Source: Raillietiella orientalis (taxonomy: Eukaryota). From it: a stretch of DNA of 64,000 nt. Below the pieces are notes generated by a model that saw only the letters and a program-made list of their open reading frames with translations, was not told the DNA's origin and did no database searches. Location of the stretch: assembly GCA_036172245.1 (NCBI GenBank), contig JAYWIR010000028.1:1240001-1304000 (forward strand), written 5' to 3'. Below are positions 50,101 through 61,500 of this stretch, piece after piece (position 1 is the first letter of the stretch; each line of letters begins with the position of its first letter). A program made the position numbers and the translations under genes.

Positions 50101-52753
50101 GGTCACCTTTTTTCTCTTTGCATCCTTTTCCTCGTAGAGGACTCGGGATCGTGTCCCGCTCCCTCTCAACAGAGAGAAAAGAGGAAGGGTTGCTTGAGGC
50201 CAGGTGTCCTGTTTCGGAAACAGAGAAGCACCACTCCCACGGCGAGAACGGTCAAGGCTCCACATCTACCAGCCTCCAGCCCAACTCATTCACATTCCCT
50301 TTCTGCCACCAGCACACTCCAGCCCTCATCTTCAGGGTCAACTCTACAAATGTTCCGACGAGAAAGCGAGTCCATTCTGCTCCCACCATCTCGTCCGACC
50401 CATCCGCATCCCCTTCCTGATGCTACACTTTGCCCACGGCATAAGCAACTGATCCGAGGCATCCTGACGTCCCTGTAAGAGAGTGTGGCTGGAAAGCGCG
50501 GACGGATGATACCCGGAGAAGAGGTGCGTTCCGCACTTCCCGTAGTATTCTCGTAGCCGAGGTAAATGACGGACGGATCCGCTAATCCTCTCTCTGTTGG
50601 CCTGCAGAGGAAGCATCCGGCCGTATGTAAGGACGTGGTTTGCTTCTGACTCGATGCCCAAACCCTAGCTACCTCCGGCTCGCCAACATCTCCGCAGGAA
50701 CCTCGGATCTCCAGTGCGATGTCATGCCGTCATCGAAGGGGAAAAAAACTGCCGCCTGTCCGGTTTTGCGAGAGGGGCTCTTTCCCGAAACCTCCCTGTT
50801 GCTAGGAAACCGCATTCTCCTCTTCGAACCTTTGCAGTGGACCCGCTGGTTCCACAGCAGGCATCCTTAGAAGCAACTCTTCCCTTAATGTTCGGAACCA
50901 CAGAGATCGTTTCTCTGGAATAGTTGAATGATAGTGTGTCTCCTTCCCAGCCCGCACGAATATCGAACAGGATCTCTTCAAATGTAACCTTGGCCGGATG
51001 CTGCATCAGAAGACGCACAGCTATTCAAGGTTTTCCGAATTTCGCACGCCGCCCGAAAGGGCGCTGCATGCAGCCTCCTCCAGCTCCTCTAGCCCCGACG
51101 TCGAGAGATTGCTTTCTCGGCCCTCGGAGGACGCGGAACGAATGCTCTTCCTCCTCCTTCACCTCCGCCGAGGGAAATCCGAGTTCCTCCACGAGTGCGG
51201 ATGAGCGGGTCTCCAGGAAGCACGCAAAGGTGCAACTCCAGAGGGTATCTTGACGCGTGGATTCGGTCCTTTGCACGCTGCCCTCTCGAGACGGATGAGC
51301 TCTAACCCGAAGAATCACTGGAGCGATCTCAAGATGTACCCTTCATGAGCCTTCGGCTAGATGCAGGACGCTCGATCTTCGTTGCTAAGTGACTGGAAGG
51401 TGGACGCAGGAGCAACGATCAAGAGGAAGGAAGAAAAAAAAAAATGGTGATGATAGCATCATGAAAAAAAGATCCACTCATCCCTGTTATCACCATTTTT
51501 TTTTTTTTTCTATGAATCTTCACAGTATCCGATACCCCAACCTCTCGAAGTGGACATCAACCATTCTGAGCGGTGCGCTTTGCTCGGCAGGTTCGCTGGA
51601 GACCTCTCCGTTTCTTTTTCGCTCCCCCGGGAACGAGCAGCTCCGAGGATGCAGGGCACGCGATTGGCACGCGGACCCCAAAGTGAGGAACACGTTTCGG
51701 ATTCGTAAGTGCCCCGAGGCCGCTCCTGAGCAGCTGCTCGGGTATTCGAGCAAGTAGACCGTTGGGCATCTCAGGACGTAGGGGGAACTGAAGTAGGGGT
51801 GGGGGGCGAAGCATGGCAGGGTGAAAACGTGAGACGAGGGTTCTGATCGAGCCGCAACCAAGGGGAAGTTCGTGCGAGCGGGAACAGCTGCTGCGAGATC
51901 GAACATGGGCAGATCGCAGGATCCGATCAGGAAGGGTTCAACTGGTGGGCGGCAATAAGGAAAAGCTTTTTCCTCCGTGCCGCAAGGAAACGTGCACGCT
52001 TCTATGAATTTTTCTGGCTCGCTCCTTCTGCAATGTACATGGTTCGTATACACATATATAGGGGTGCCGCTTGAAACTGGCCCCCATCTCGAAACTCCCT
52101 GCGTTTCGCCGCAAAGCCAGACTTTTTTTTTTTTTTTTTTTTTACGCCCGTTCCAAGTCCCTCTCGCGCTGCATTTTTTTTAGGTATGCATTCCTGGCCG
52201 CCATGCTGATCGCGCACGCTGACGTCACGCAACCAAGCCAGACTGGAGGCGGTCCAGTTGCATCCGATCATCATGTGTGATGCACATTTGTGCGTAGATA
52301 AACTCCCAAACGACCAAACCTGCGAAGCGGAAAGAGGGCAGCTCAAAAGGAAGCAGACGATTCGCGGCATCTGCTCACCATCATTGCGCGATCTTACGAG
52401 GCGGAGCGCCTCTGATTCGGTCCAGACCCGGAGCCACATCTAATCTTCGCGTGCGCCAGCCTTTCTGCCCTCCTATTCCAAAGAGATGTGTTGCAGAATT
52501 TCGAAAACAAGCTCCTGCTCTCTCCCGATTATCAAGTTCGATCGTCTTTTCTTCTTCTTGTCATATCTGTGGCTCGTAAACCGTCTCGGAAACTCTTTTC
52601 CTCGTATTGCGCTCCCTTGTTTCCCTTCTTGGGATCCCATGATATTCTTCTAATGATCCCCACGATTTGTTTATCTCCACTCCCCAACGCTAGGTGCTGT
52701 GGAAGAAAATTTCGTGAGACATCTTCCACCCGACCACCAGGAATAATCTTTTT

Positions 52754-52791
<38 letters not shown>

Positions 52792-55700
52792 GATGTTCCT
52801 ACTCGAAAAATTTGTCATTTCGGCGCCGTGACTGTTTATGAGTTTCCCTCCCGAGACGGCGACTCTTTTTTTTGCACAGCCTCCGATAGGGATTCGTCGG
52901 ACAGGGGCCATTTCGCAAGTTTGTTTGTGAAATGTGGAAGCCGTAGGAGTGGAAATCCAGAAATTCCCGCTTGCCCCCGTTTGAGACAACCTCCCGAAAA
53001 GCGAGGAGCAAGGGAAAATCCTCCAGCACACTCTGGAAGATTTCGCCTCAGCAGCCCCGAAAGAACTCAATAGATCGGCACGGAAGGAACACTTCGGAGC
53101 AGCAGCGCTTCATCCCAGGCCAAGATGCTGGTCAACCCAGTGATGCTCACTGTCTTTCTGGTGTATTGCTGGATGATCTCACGGATTGAGGTGATACAGA
53201 AGTCAAGAGCGTCCCGAGACCAAAAGGTGAGCGACAGCTTGGGTATCTGCGACCTTCTCGCCTTGCCTGTAGGTGAATTTTATTGTCCTCGCCTTGAAAG
53301 GTGTGAGCGTTCAAACAGGGCCTACTCCCTTTCCGAATGAGTCGTGTGCCAGAAACCTCCATGAACTTCCTGAGCTTGGTGGCACGTACACTCCTTTCCG
53401 ATCGAGTTCCAGAGGATCCCTGATCCGCTATGAGGAGTTGCTGACCCGTAGGAGTGGCTCCCAGCTACTGGAATGATTGTCTGCATCCTGTTACACCTTT
53501 CTCCGTTCCTCCGTGGCACAAGAACGACTAGGGAAGGCTTCTCTAACTGATCTGTCCTCCCGACGCCTCGCATTTCATTTGATCATCATCTTTCAGATTC
53601 CTTCCCGCGTCCGGTCCTTTCTGCTTTCATCTTTGCACCTCATTTCCTCTGAGCAAAATTCGTGCAGCTGTCCAGGATGAAAGTTCCTCTTCGTTTTCGA
53701 AGTGCTCCTCTGCGGCCTTCAGGAATCCACAATCATCTTCTTTCCCGAATTTCAGGTTCCCTCACTCGTGCACCAGGGTCCACCGACTTATCCACCGGCA
53801 GAGGAGACTCCAGAAGCGGGTGGGAAGTTCTCAGAGCCCTGAGTGTCCCCGAGAGCAGCTCTGGTTTATCTCTTCGCCTCGGTTTCTCCCGACAATCCGT
53901 CGAAGTGCTGGCAGGCGAGCAGCTTGTCAGCTCAGGAAACGTTTTGCGCATCTTTTCTGAGGTCCACGTCACACACTCTCAGATGGAGAACTTCGGTGCC
54001 TCCGCACATCCAGGAGTATTGTCTTGAAAGACGGTTCCTTGATCTAGTGCTTTCGCTTTCTTTCTTGTTCCCGTTCATCAGCTCCGAATTCTCCTCCTAC
54101 GACTAGGTCTCCTCCCTCCAGTGGCCTGCTTCTTCTTCAAGGTGGAACCTCTGTCCCCAGTGTAGGTGCGGAAAAGCCCCATCTTGCACGTGCTGCAAGA
54201 AGTTGTCCGTTTCTAAAGACAGGATGGGGATGGAGGATGACGCGCGCCACAAAGCACAAAGGTGCTTCGCCGAACCCTCACGGCGAGCGACCAGCCGTTC
54301 GCACGGGAGAAGGCGAAGAAGCAACCAGCAAGAGGATCCGACCGTGGAGGCGACCACCACGAGGAGAGGGGAGGCATCAGCACTTGGTCTTCGCGAGAAC
54401 TTCTGGTAACTTGAGAAGGTCTAACCATTCTTACAACTACCACTGCTTCTATTGTTTCTTTCCGATGTGCCACGAGTTCCTCCAAGGCAAGGAAGCTCCC
54501 ATGCTTCCAGATTACAGTCCGAGAGAGTCCTTGACGCTCAGGGAACCGAGTATCAAGGACTCGTGACAAACCCTTCTCGTGACAAACTGTGCGCGTGCCA
54601 GTTCGCTTCCCGGGGTTTCCCGTGGAGTAGCAGCGGGAGCTCTGGATGATCGGTTGTGGATTCAGAGAGCCACCACCGCCACCATCTGAATAACATCCTG
54701 AGTGCAGTTTCCATCGCTCATCTGTCCACCGCCCCGTAAACGCTGTCGTGCCGTCCGTAGAACCGAACTGCCCGCGGGTCACGAAGGAACTGCTGGCGCG
54801 GGAAACTGCCCCACACGCACGCGCGCGCGAGTGAGCGTGCTTCCACCTGTCAGCTGGTGGTGAGATGCCGCTCAGCCACCCAAGCTATTTGCTTTTTCCT
54901 CCTTTCCACCTGGTGTTGCATGATCGGATACCATACGCGGGAAGCAGCGAGTACCGTGTTGTGAGGGTGTTCGAAGACCGGATGTGGAGCGACTTACCAG
55001 TGTTCCTGACGTCCGATCCCCGGGAACTGGTCAATTTCCACCCTCCCCCCTGCCGCCACTACCACCCCAAGCCGGAGGGACTCCGGGGTGAGAATTCGTT
55101 CGAGCTCGACAGGGAACGTTCCCCCACCGTGAGCCAAGGATCGCTGTGTGATGGCACAGCGGCGGCGAAGTGGAGAGGGAGCAGGGTGAATGGACACCAG
55201 GGGAGGCTTTGCACAACACGAGACCTCTCTCACGTTTCGAGAACAATTCTTTTGCCCAGTTCGGGAAGGGGAAGGGGGGGAGGAGGAGAATGCCGGGGTC
55301 ATTGTGTTCGCTGGGTCCGCCCGGAAAATCGTGCCGGACCTACTCACCAGTTAATAGCCCAGCACGCCTCCTCGATCTGCACAATTAGCGGACAGACAAT
55401 CGAGGTGACTAGGTGTTTCCGGGGCAAAGGAGATGAGCTGTCACCACGAAACGTACGTTCTTTTGTTTCCCTACCCGCTCCATCCTGAGCTGCCCCGATG
55501 TCGCAAGCAGGTGAGAGACGGGAGGCTGCCGGCAGTCACAGGATAGCAAGACATTTTATGTGTTTTTTTTTTCTCTCTTTCCTCCCTCTTTCTGCAGTCC
55601 AACCCCTCGGCGGAGATAAATTGGCGGTTTACCTGGATACGATCTTCCGGGAGATCCGTTTTCATGGAGAGCATCTCGCGCGCGTACACGTCGGGGTAGT

Positions 55701-55857
55701 GAGCATCTTTGAAAGCCTTCTCCAGTTCCTCCAGTTGGTAGTTCGTGAAGATGGTCCTGGAGAAGCGCTCCCGCTGCATCTTCCGAAGGGGCGATTCGTG
55801 ACGTCATTTTTTTTTTACCTGTGGCGTCGCTTCTTCTTCTTCTTTCTGGTGTTTTGG
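40934..55857 (-). CDS. Vsx: Visual system homeobox (Vsx/Chx10/ceh-10) gene, 5'-partial: join(55857-55819, 55756-55633, 42013-41839, 41181-40934)
   Basis: Spliced product: [125 protein letters not shown]. This is a Q50 paired-like homeodomain with CVC domain and OAR motif. The intron at homeodomain Q46/V47 is typical of the paired class. Confidence 0.97.
41839..42013 (-). CDS. Vsx: Vsx exon: homeodomain helix 3 plus CVC domain
   Basis: TTGCAG acceptor; [45 protein letters not shown] donor at 41838. Confidence 0.97.
42400..43950 (+). mobile_element. Possible RTE-type LINE remnants (AP-endonuclease ~42400-42900; 3' end ~43760-43900)
   Basis: [13 protein letters not shown] (resembles YSG...GVG), [17 protein letters not shown] (resembles KE.FY..L), and later [11 protein letters not shown] (resembles W.GH..R.P). 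By-eye only; the middle part is unrelated. Confidence 0.35.
49420..50700 (-). mobile_element. Possible further non-LTR (REL-type) fossil
   Basis: YYGKCG..F..ALSSH (zinc-finger-like), HGAGGL (resembles PGPDG) and [12 protein letters not shown] (resembles TT.LI.K.G.P). Weak. Confidence 0.2.
51550..54200 (-). mobile_element. Decayed Ty3/gypsy element inside the large Vsx intron (gag knuckle, RT, integrase)
   Basis: [15 protein letters not shown] (knuckle-like, ~54150). ORF 53322-53573 reads [35 protein letters not shown], resembling the RT N-terminus. Then [14 protein letters not shown] (integrase core) and [15 protein letters not shown] (GPY/F-like). Confidence 0.55.
55633..55756 (-). CDS. Vsx: Vsx homeodomain exon (helices 1-2)
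   Basis: TTCTCCAG acceptor, phase 2; [15 protein letters not shown]...PEDRIQ; GTAAAC donor at 55632. Confidence 0.97.
55819..55857 (-). CDS. Vsx: Vsx 39-nt micro-exon ([13 protein letters not shown])
   Basis: TTCCTTTTTCCAG acceptor and GTAAAA donor; the 62-nt intron to the next exon restores the canonical RRHRTIF. Confidence 0.9.
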
Positions 55858-56569
55858 CTGGAAAAAGGAAGAGTCTGGATGCCTCGCTTCCCTTCGTAGG
55901 AGTCGAAACTGGAACCTGGAACGAGAGCGTCCATGCTTACTCAGAGAGGGCATCAAAGAAAGCGCCTCGCAAATGCTTCAAGAGGGAAAAGACCCGCCGC
56001 GATAACAAGATGAGAAATTCACGCACTCAGCTACATCCAGTTAGGGAAGGACTAGCAAAACTTCCGTCGATCTTCGACCGCGAAGACTGCGTGCAACCCT
56101 CCGTATACCTGAGATGAAAGATGCAGCAGCAGACAAGCAGCAGATGAAGCAAGAAGAATTTCCTCTCCCTTTTTTTTCCTTCCATCCCATTCGATCCCTA
56201 GAATCAGCGTTTCCGCTCCAGAAGAAAAGAAACAGACGTCAGATTCTTTTCGTCTTCCGGAAAGGAGGCAGTTGCCATCATCCGACCAATCAGCGAAGAA
56301 GGAAAAAAAAGGATCAGAATCGGAAAGAGGGCTCCCGTGATCAAGATCTGCACTGATCAAGTGCTCTCTTTGACCACTTTCTCTTAAACACACGAGGGAT
56401 GGAGCAAGGGGTAGAATCCGTTTTGGTTTCCAGGAAGATGGGGATTTGCCGAGTTTGCGCTCTCGCATTCATCCGCCGAGGGTCGGCAACCGCGGACACG
56501 AGCCCCTCTGCTGCCAGGAAAGACCCCAACAGGGATCCGTGCTCTCCGCGGGAGCTTCTGCACCTCCTA

Positions 56570-57250
56570 TGGCCGAATGGGGGATCTCTCGCGAGCCACG
56601 ACGGCAGGTGCCATCAAGAAACTGCGATCTCCTCCGAATTCTCTTCGAGGAGAACGGAAAGAGCGCCCGAGATCGAACTTTGAAGCAGGGTGGAACAGTA
56701 GGAGTGAGGCCTCAGGCATTCGGAAGCCTTCCCGAGGATGCGCCGCTCCCTCTCAGCCACATTCTGGGTCGCCGGCGGAACGGAAAGCGGGTGCGAGGCA
56801 ATCCACACAGCAGAATCCTCCGTCCAAGTCCCTCGCACAGAGGGACTCTCTCCCCAGGTGCGAGGTCCTTTTCCCTTTCCTGGTGGCATCCCATTCTGGA
56901 CGGAAATCCCTTGCCTGTTAAGAAGCACGTTCATCGCGGGCGTCGCGAGGCTGACGATGGCGCGCGTGCATGCGCAGAGTGCGACAAAGTTCGAACGGAG
57001 AATTCGAGGTGGACGGAAAAGGAAAGATTCTGGCCTCCCGCGCGAACGGGAGACAATTCCTTCTTCGAGAACTTTTGGGGTCGGCCGAGTGTTCCCTCGC
57101 GCCCGGGAACGCCCTCGCTGCCAGGGACCCCGCTTTCGCTCGTCCGCTCCCATCCCAATTCTTGCAGCCTTCCGCGTCTAGACGGGCATCCAGCCCTGCA
57201 TCCCTTAAGGAAGGAAAGCCCTGCACGCGAGGAATTTCGTGACGGGGTCT
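56570..57250 (+). mobile_element. Possible RTE-type LINE RT remnant
   Basis: AGAIKKLRSPPNSLRGE (resembles AIK.L...PG.DG), LKQGG (resembles K.GG), SHRGTLS (resembles NYRGISL) and LKEGKP, in the expected order. Confidence 0.35.
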
Positions 57251-58599
57251 CAAAGGGCATGGAACTGGCACGAGACGCTGGTTCGCAACCAAGGAAACAT
57301 TGGTGAGCTGGCAATTGCCCCTGCTCCAGGTTTTGGATAGGAGGACAAGTACTACGGTTCCATGAACCTGGGATTGAAATAAGGACACCATTTTCTCCTT
57401 TTTTATGGGAAGAGGGAGTGGAGTAGGCTAAGAGAGTGACTACGGATAGGCAGAAAGAGTCACGAGCCTGGACCGTGTGTTGTGGGTCCATTCCCCATTA
57501 TGCCTATGGGAAACGTCATGGACGTCTGGGAACTTCGACAGGAAGGCTCGAGCGATAGGGCTTTGAGGGGCGTTCTTTCCTGATCTTTGCAGAAGACGGA
57601 GGGAACCGCTGCTAGAACGAGGGAACAGAGAAGGCCTCTCTTCCCTCGTCCCCCAAGGTGGTCCCAGTCGAGTCCCGTAAGCGATTCACTAATGAAGGAG
57701 ACCCCAAGTGCGGGATGAAGCTATCCAGGACACCTACAGCAACCTATTTGAGGGAACTCCGTCCTCCCTCTTCTTCCACGGAAGAGCTCCCGTAGCCTGA
57801 GAGGACAAGACCTCCAAAAAGGTCTTCTGCGAGCGAATCCGGGAGCAGGAAGGAAAAAAATCCCTCTCTGGATGGATCGCCTTCCCGGAAGAGGGAAAGG
57901 GGGGACACGGAGGTGGCGAGATAGAGAATGGATCCGGTTCAATTTGCGAGCACCACAGAGAGCATCGGGCAGAAGAGGAGGGGAAGAAAGAAGGGGAGAT
58001 GAGTGGGCGGGGAACTCCGGCTTGCGTGTCTAGTCCCTCCCACCGCGTCGTGGGCACGCAGAAGAATCAGCACGAAGCTGCGTGTCTTCCGGCGATAGTG
58101 AAACCAACGGAGCTGAATGGAAGCGCGGCCGGGTGGCGATCTCGGCGAGAGTGCGCCAGCGGCTTCTCGCGGAGGTCGAAAGAATCATCGGCGCCCTTTC
58201 GAGCAGGCCAGGAAAAGGGCGTGCTGGGAACACTGTGGACACCGGAACCTTCTTGAGCAAAGAGTACCGTTTGGAGCGGTAGCGATCTTGGAGACGTTCT
58301 CCTTCGAACCGCATCCACCTCCGGGCGAAGAAGGCACGCGTGTTGTGCGGAAATAGTTCTCCCTACAGGAGTAAGTAAGAAGGACTTGACGCGGGAGATG
58401 CACTCCTCTCAGTCATACCTTAGCGAGTGTGCGCGCGAGGGGAAGTCCTGAGGAGCCGCAGGAGACGCTGGACGCGAATGAGTCCCGAAAGGAGTCAAGG
58501 GAGCAGCTTCGCTCGGCTACTCTTCCCTTTAATGAAGGATTAGCACCTTTTTCATCTATAAGGTATTTAACTGTATGCAAGTGACCAACAGCCACGGAT

Positions 58600-61500
58600 A
58601 ATCCGTGGAAGCGATCCAGCTTCCAGACACCTTCCCTCGATCCCCTGCGGACTGCTTCCACGGGAACGCTTCCTCCGCGGACACAGCCCCAGGTTGGACC
58701 AGCCAGGGTTCCCAGCTTTTGCAAGAGGCGAGCTTTCCCAGCGAAGAGCGGCACGGAGCCGAAAGACCGAACGATGAGAGCGGGACGAACGCCGCGCGTG
58801 GAGGATATGCAAGAAACACCGTCCGGCCTATCCTTGCGGTGGTGCAAGAGGGGGAGCAAGGGAAGAGGCGCAGAGCCCGACCCTCACGGCAGAGGAAGCG
58901 GAGCTCTGAAAATGCGAGCGGGCTGGATGGGTTTGCGAGCCGGGTGTGCCCGTTCGCGGGAAGGAAGCCGAGACGAACGCCGAAAGGCACGCCTGGGAGC
59001 GCTTGCTTCCCCTACGGACAGAAGACGCGACTTTCAGACTGGCGGCAACGATTCTCTGCGCTCCTACGGGAAGAAGACTCTGAAGGAGAACTAAGGAAGA
59101 AAGAGTGGCGGTTGCTGGGACTCACCCTGGAGACCGAACGCCGTAGGGAGTTCCCTGCCGTTCCCACCTCTCGCTTCTGCTCGCCTTCTTTTGCCCCGCT
59201 CCCGAATTATCTGCGAGGAGGACCCCTTCTCTGATGCCGAGAATGAGGATGTCTAAGAATCGGTTCCCTTTTGGTTCCGTCAGAAGACGCGCTTTGACCC
59301 GGAACTAGAAGCTGAAGACCGAAGTGGTCAGGAAGCTTCAGGATGGGAAGAGGAGGATGGAGAGGATTCGTGATGCTGCGACCGTTCCCAGTGGCGAAAC
59401 GATGCTTTTGGAGGTCAGCTGGGAGGTTCGGAGAAGGTCGCCACGGGAAAGGAACGGAAGGCATGAGCTGTCGGCGTGCATCCGCGTTTCGATTCCTGAC
59501 GAACGGCACTCCAAGCTGGAGACGGGTTTCCGGGACCTACACATGACCGGCACACCGGCCACGCAGCCTCTACAGAGAGCAAAAAGCAGGATCGCTCGAG
59601 GAAGACGGGGAGGATGACTCTCCAGGTGTTAAAGAAAAAACATGGAGAGAAGGAGAAGGTCTATGGAGAGAAGGGGACCGATGAAAGGTGTCCAAGATGT
59701 GGCAAGGGCCTGCAAGCAAGCGCAGATTCACTTTGGTCGCTGCTTCTAGCCACGTCAAACGCTCTCGCCTGAACCTGTGTGCCTGGAGAGATGAGCCCTA
59801 GCAACCTTCCGAGAGCTAGCCGAGGATCATCCCTGGAGGAAGCGGCTGCGGCGACGTCAGCAAAAAAGGAAGAAAAACAAAGGCGAACACGCAAAAGAAC
59901 GAGCTGACGCAACGGGTCAGGGTCATTTAGCCTGATTTCGTCTTCTTGGGGTTCGTTCTTTTTTTCGTGTATGTTGTGCGTCCTCGCCTGCGTCCCCTGA
60001 CGGCGGAAGCTTCCCGAGCAACCCCCCTTGACTTTGCACCCGCTCGATCGCGGGAGCGGAGTGAGTGGTGCGCCAAAGACGCGCGAGAAGATCGGGGAGC
60101 GCACGCCCCGGGCTCTGCGTGAGGAAACTCCCGTGCCTCGAGCCACGACGGCCATTCGAACACTCGCGGGAGAGCTCGCCCACCGGCGACGCGGACAGTC
60201 GTCAGGCGACTGCTTCAGGGATGTGGCGCCGCCAAGAAGCTACTTCTAGAAGGAATGAGAAATCCCACCGTGTGTGCAGCCAGGACCGGGATCGAGAGAG
60301 TCTCTGAGTGCGGAGCCGAGCGGATCTCATCATTCTATGCTTTTCCAGCTAGTTTCCCTCCCCCTTCCCCTTTTTTTTTTATTCTTTCTCTCTCCCTTTT
60401 TCCGTTTCCGGGACGCAGAGAGTTGGATTAATCAGATTTTTGCTTTCCTTCAAGAAGAGAGTAGCTCGACTTCAGGGAATGTAGTCTGCTCTCCCGTGCG
60501 CTTCCGCATCTCTTCCCTCTGGCTTTAAAGGTAGCCGCGTTCATCCCTCGCATGTGGCTATTGCGTCGTGCAAGCAGGAGAACCGGGGGAAGCCATATAT
60601 ACCGCCCCGGAACAAAGGCGACAGCAGCGGCAGCGAGAAGAGGCGACTGGCTGGGTCGCATGTCCCCCCCCCCCCTTCTTGAAGACAGACCGTCCGCGTT
60701 CTGTTTCCGCATCTCCATAGCAGCCGTCGGCGCTTCGCCCGGCCGTGGAGCGGACGGGAGCCTACCGAAGGCTGCTACCGAGGGAAGGCAAAGAAGGAGA
60801 GGGGTGAGTGCAGCTCACACTTCCGGTCTGCATAGGAGAATTCCCTTTTTCGGCCTCTGCCTGAGGCACGCACTCCGGAGCTCGCACATCATCATCACCT
60901 GTCGAGGGAAGCGCCAAGTCAGGCGCAAGAGTCCAAGAATCGCGTTTAGTTTTCCAGATCAGGAGGGCTTTCCAGCCCACGCGCCCTTTCCTTCTCTCTT
61001 CATTTTTTTCGGAGGTGGCGCCACCGTGGTGAAGTGGGAAGACAATGAAGACTCTTATCGTCGGCACCCGCGCAGGTGGGGAAGGGGTCCGGGCCGGACT
61101 TCGGAGAGTCCGATAAGCGCGAACCCCACCTCATGGGAAAACCGAAAACTCTTGAAGAGTGAATGGGATCAAAAGAAAAAAAAAATCAACGGAAGGGAAC
61201 TCTCGGGACGCCAACGGGAGACCTTCCTGCGGCGCTGCCTTGCCTCCCGAGAAGCGGACAGAGGGTTCGAAGGAGAGGATGGCTCCGCTTCCTCGAAGTG
61301 AGGCCTTGGGGACGCGGGGAGGAGTTCGGGGAGAGCCAACACTCCCGAGTTCTCTTCGATATCGTGACCTCTTCAGAGACCTACCGCTGCGGGATTGGCG
61401 GTGTCCTGGTCTCTGAAAGAGCTTGCCAGATCGCTCCTGAGACGAGCACAGAACCAGGGAGAAAACTGGGTTCGTCTCCCAGACAACCTTCACTGAAGGA

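Noticed and set aside
51434..51506. 18-bp inverted repeat (A11-TGGTGAT ... ATCACCA-T11) as a hairpin or MITE
   Set aside because: 11 of the 18 pairs are homopolymer; no target-site duplication or second copy seen.
55757..55779. MQRERFS as the Vsx start (ORF 55471-55779)
   Set aside because: Intronic: a TTCTCCAG acceptor and the upstream KKKKKRRH micro-exon restore the canonical homeodomain.
55939..56000. Possible next upstream Vsx exon ending at a phase-2 GTAAGC donor (55938)
   Set aside because: The peptide (LKHLRGAFFDALS) has no Vsx similarity and no convincing acceptor was found.
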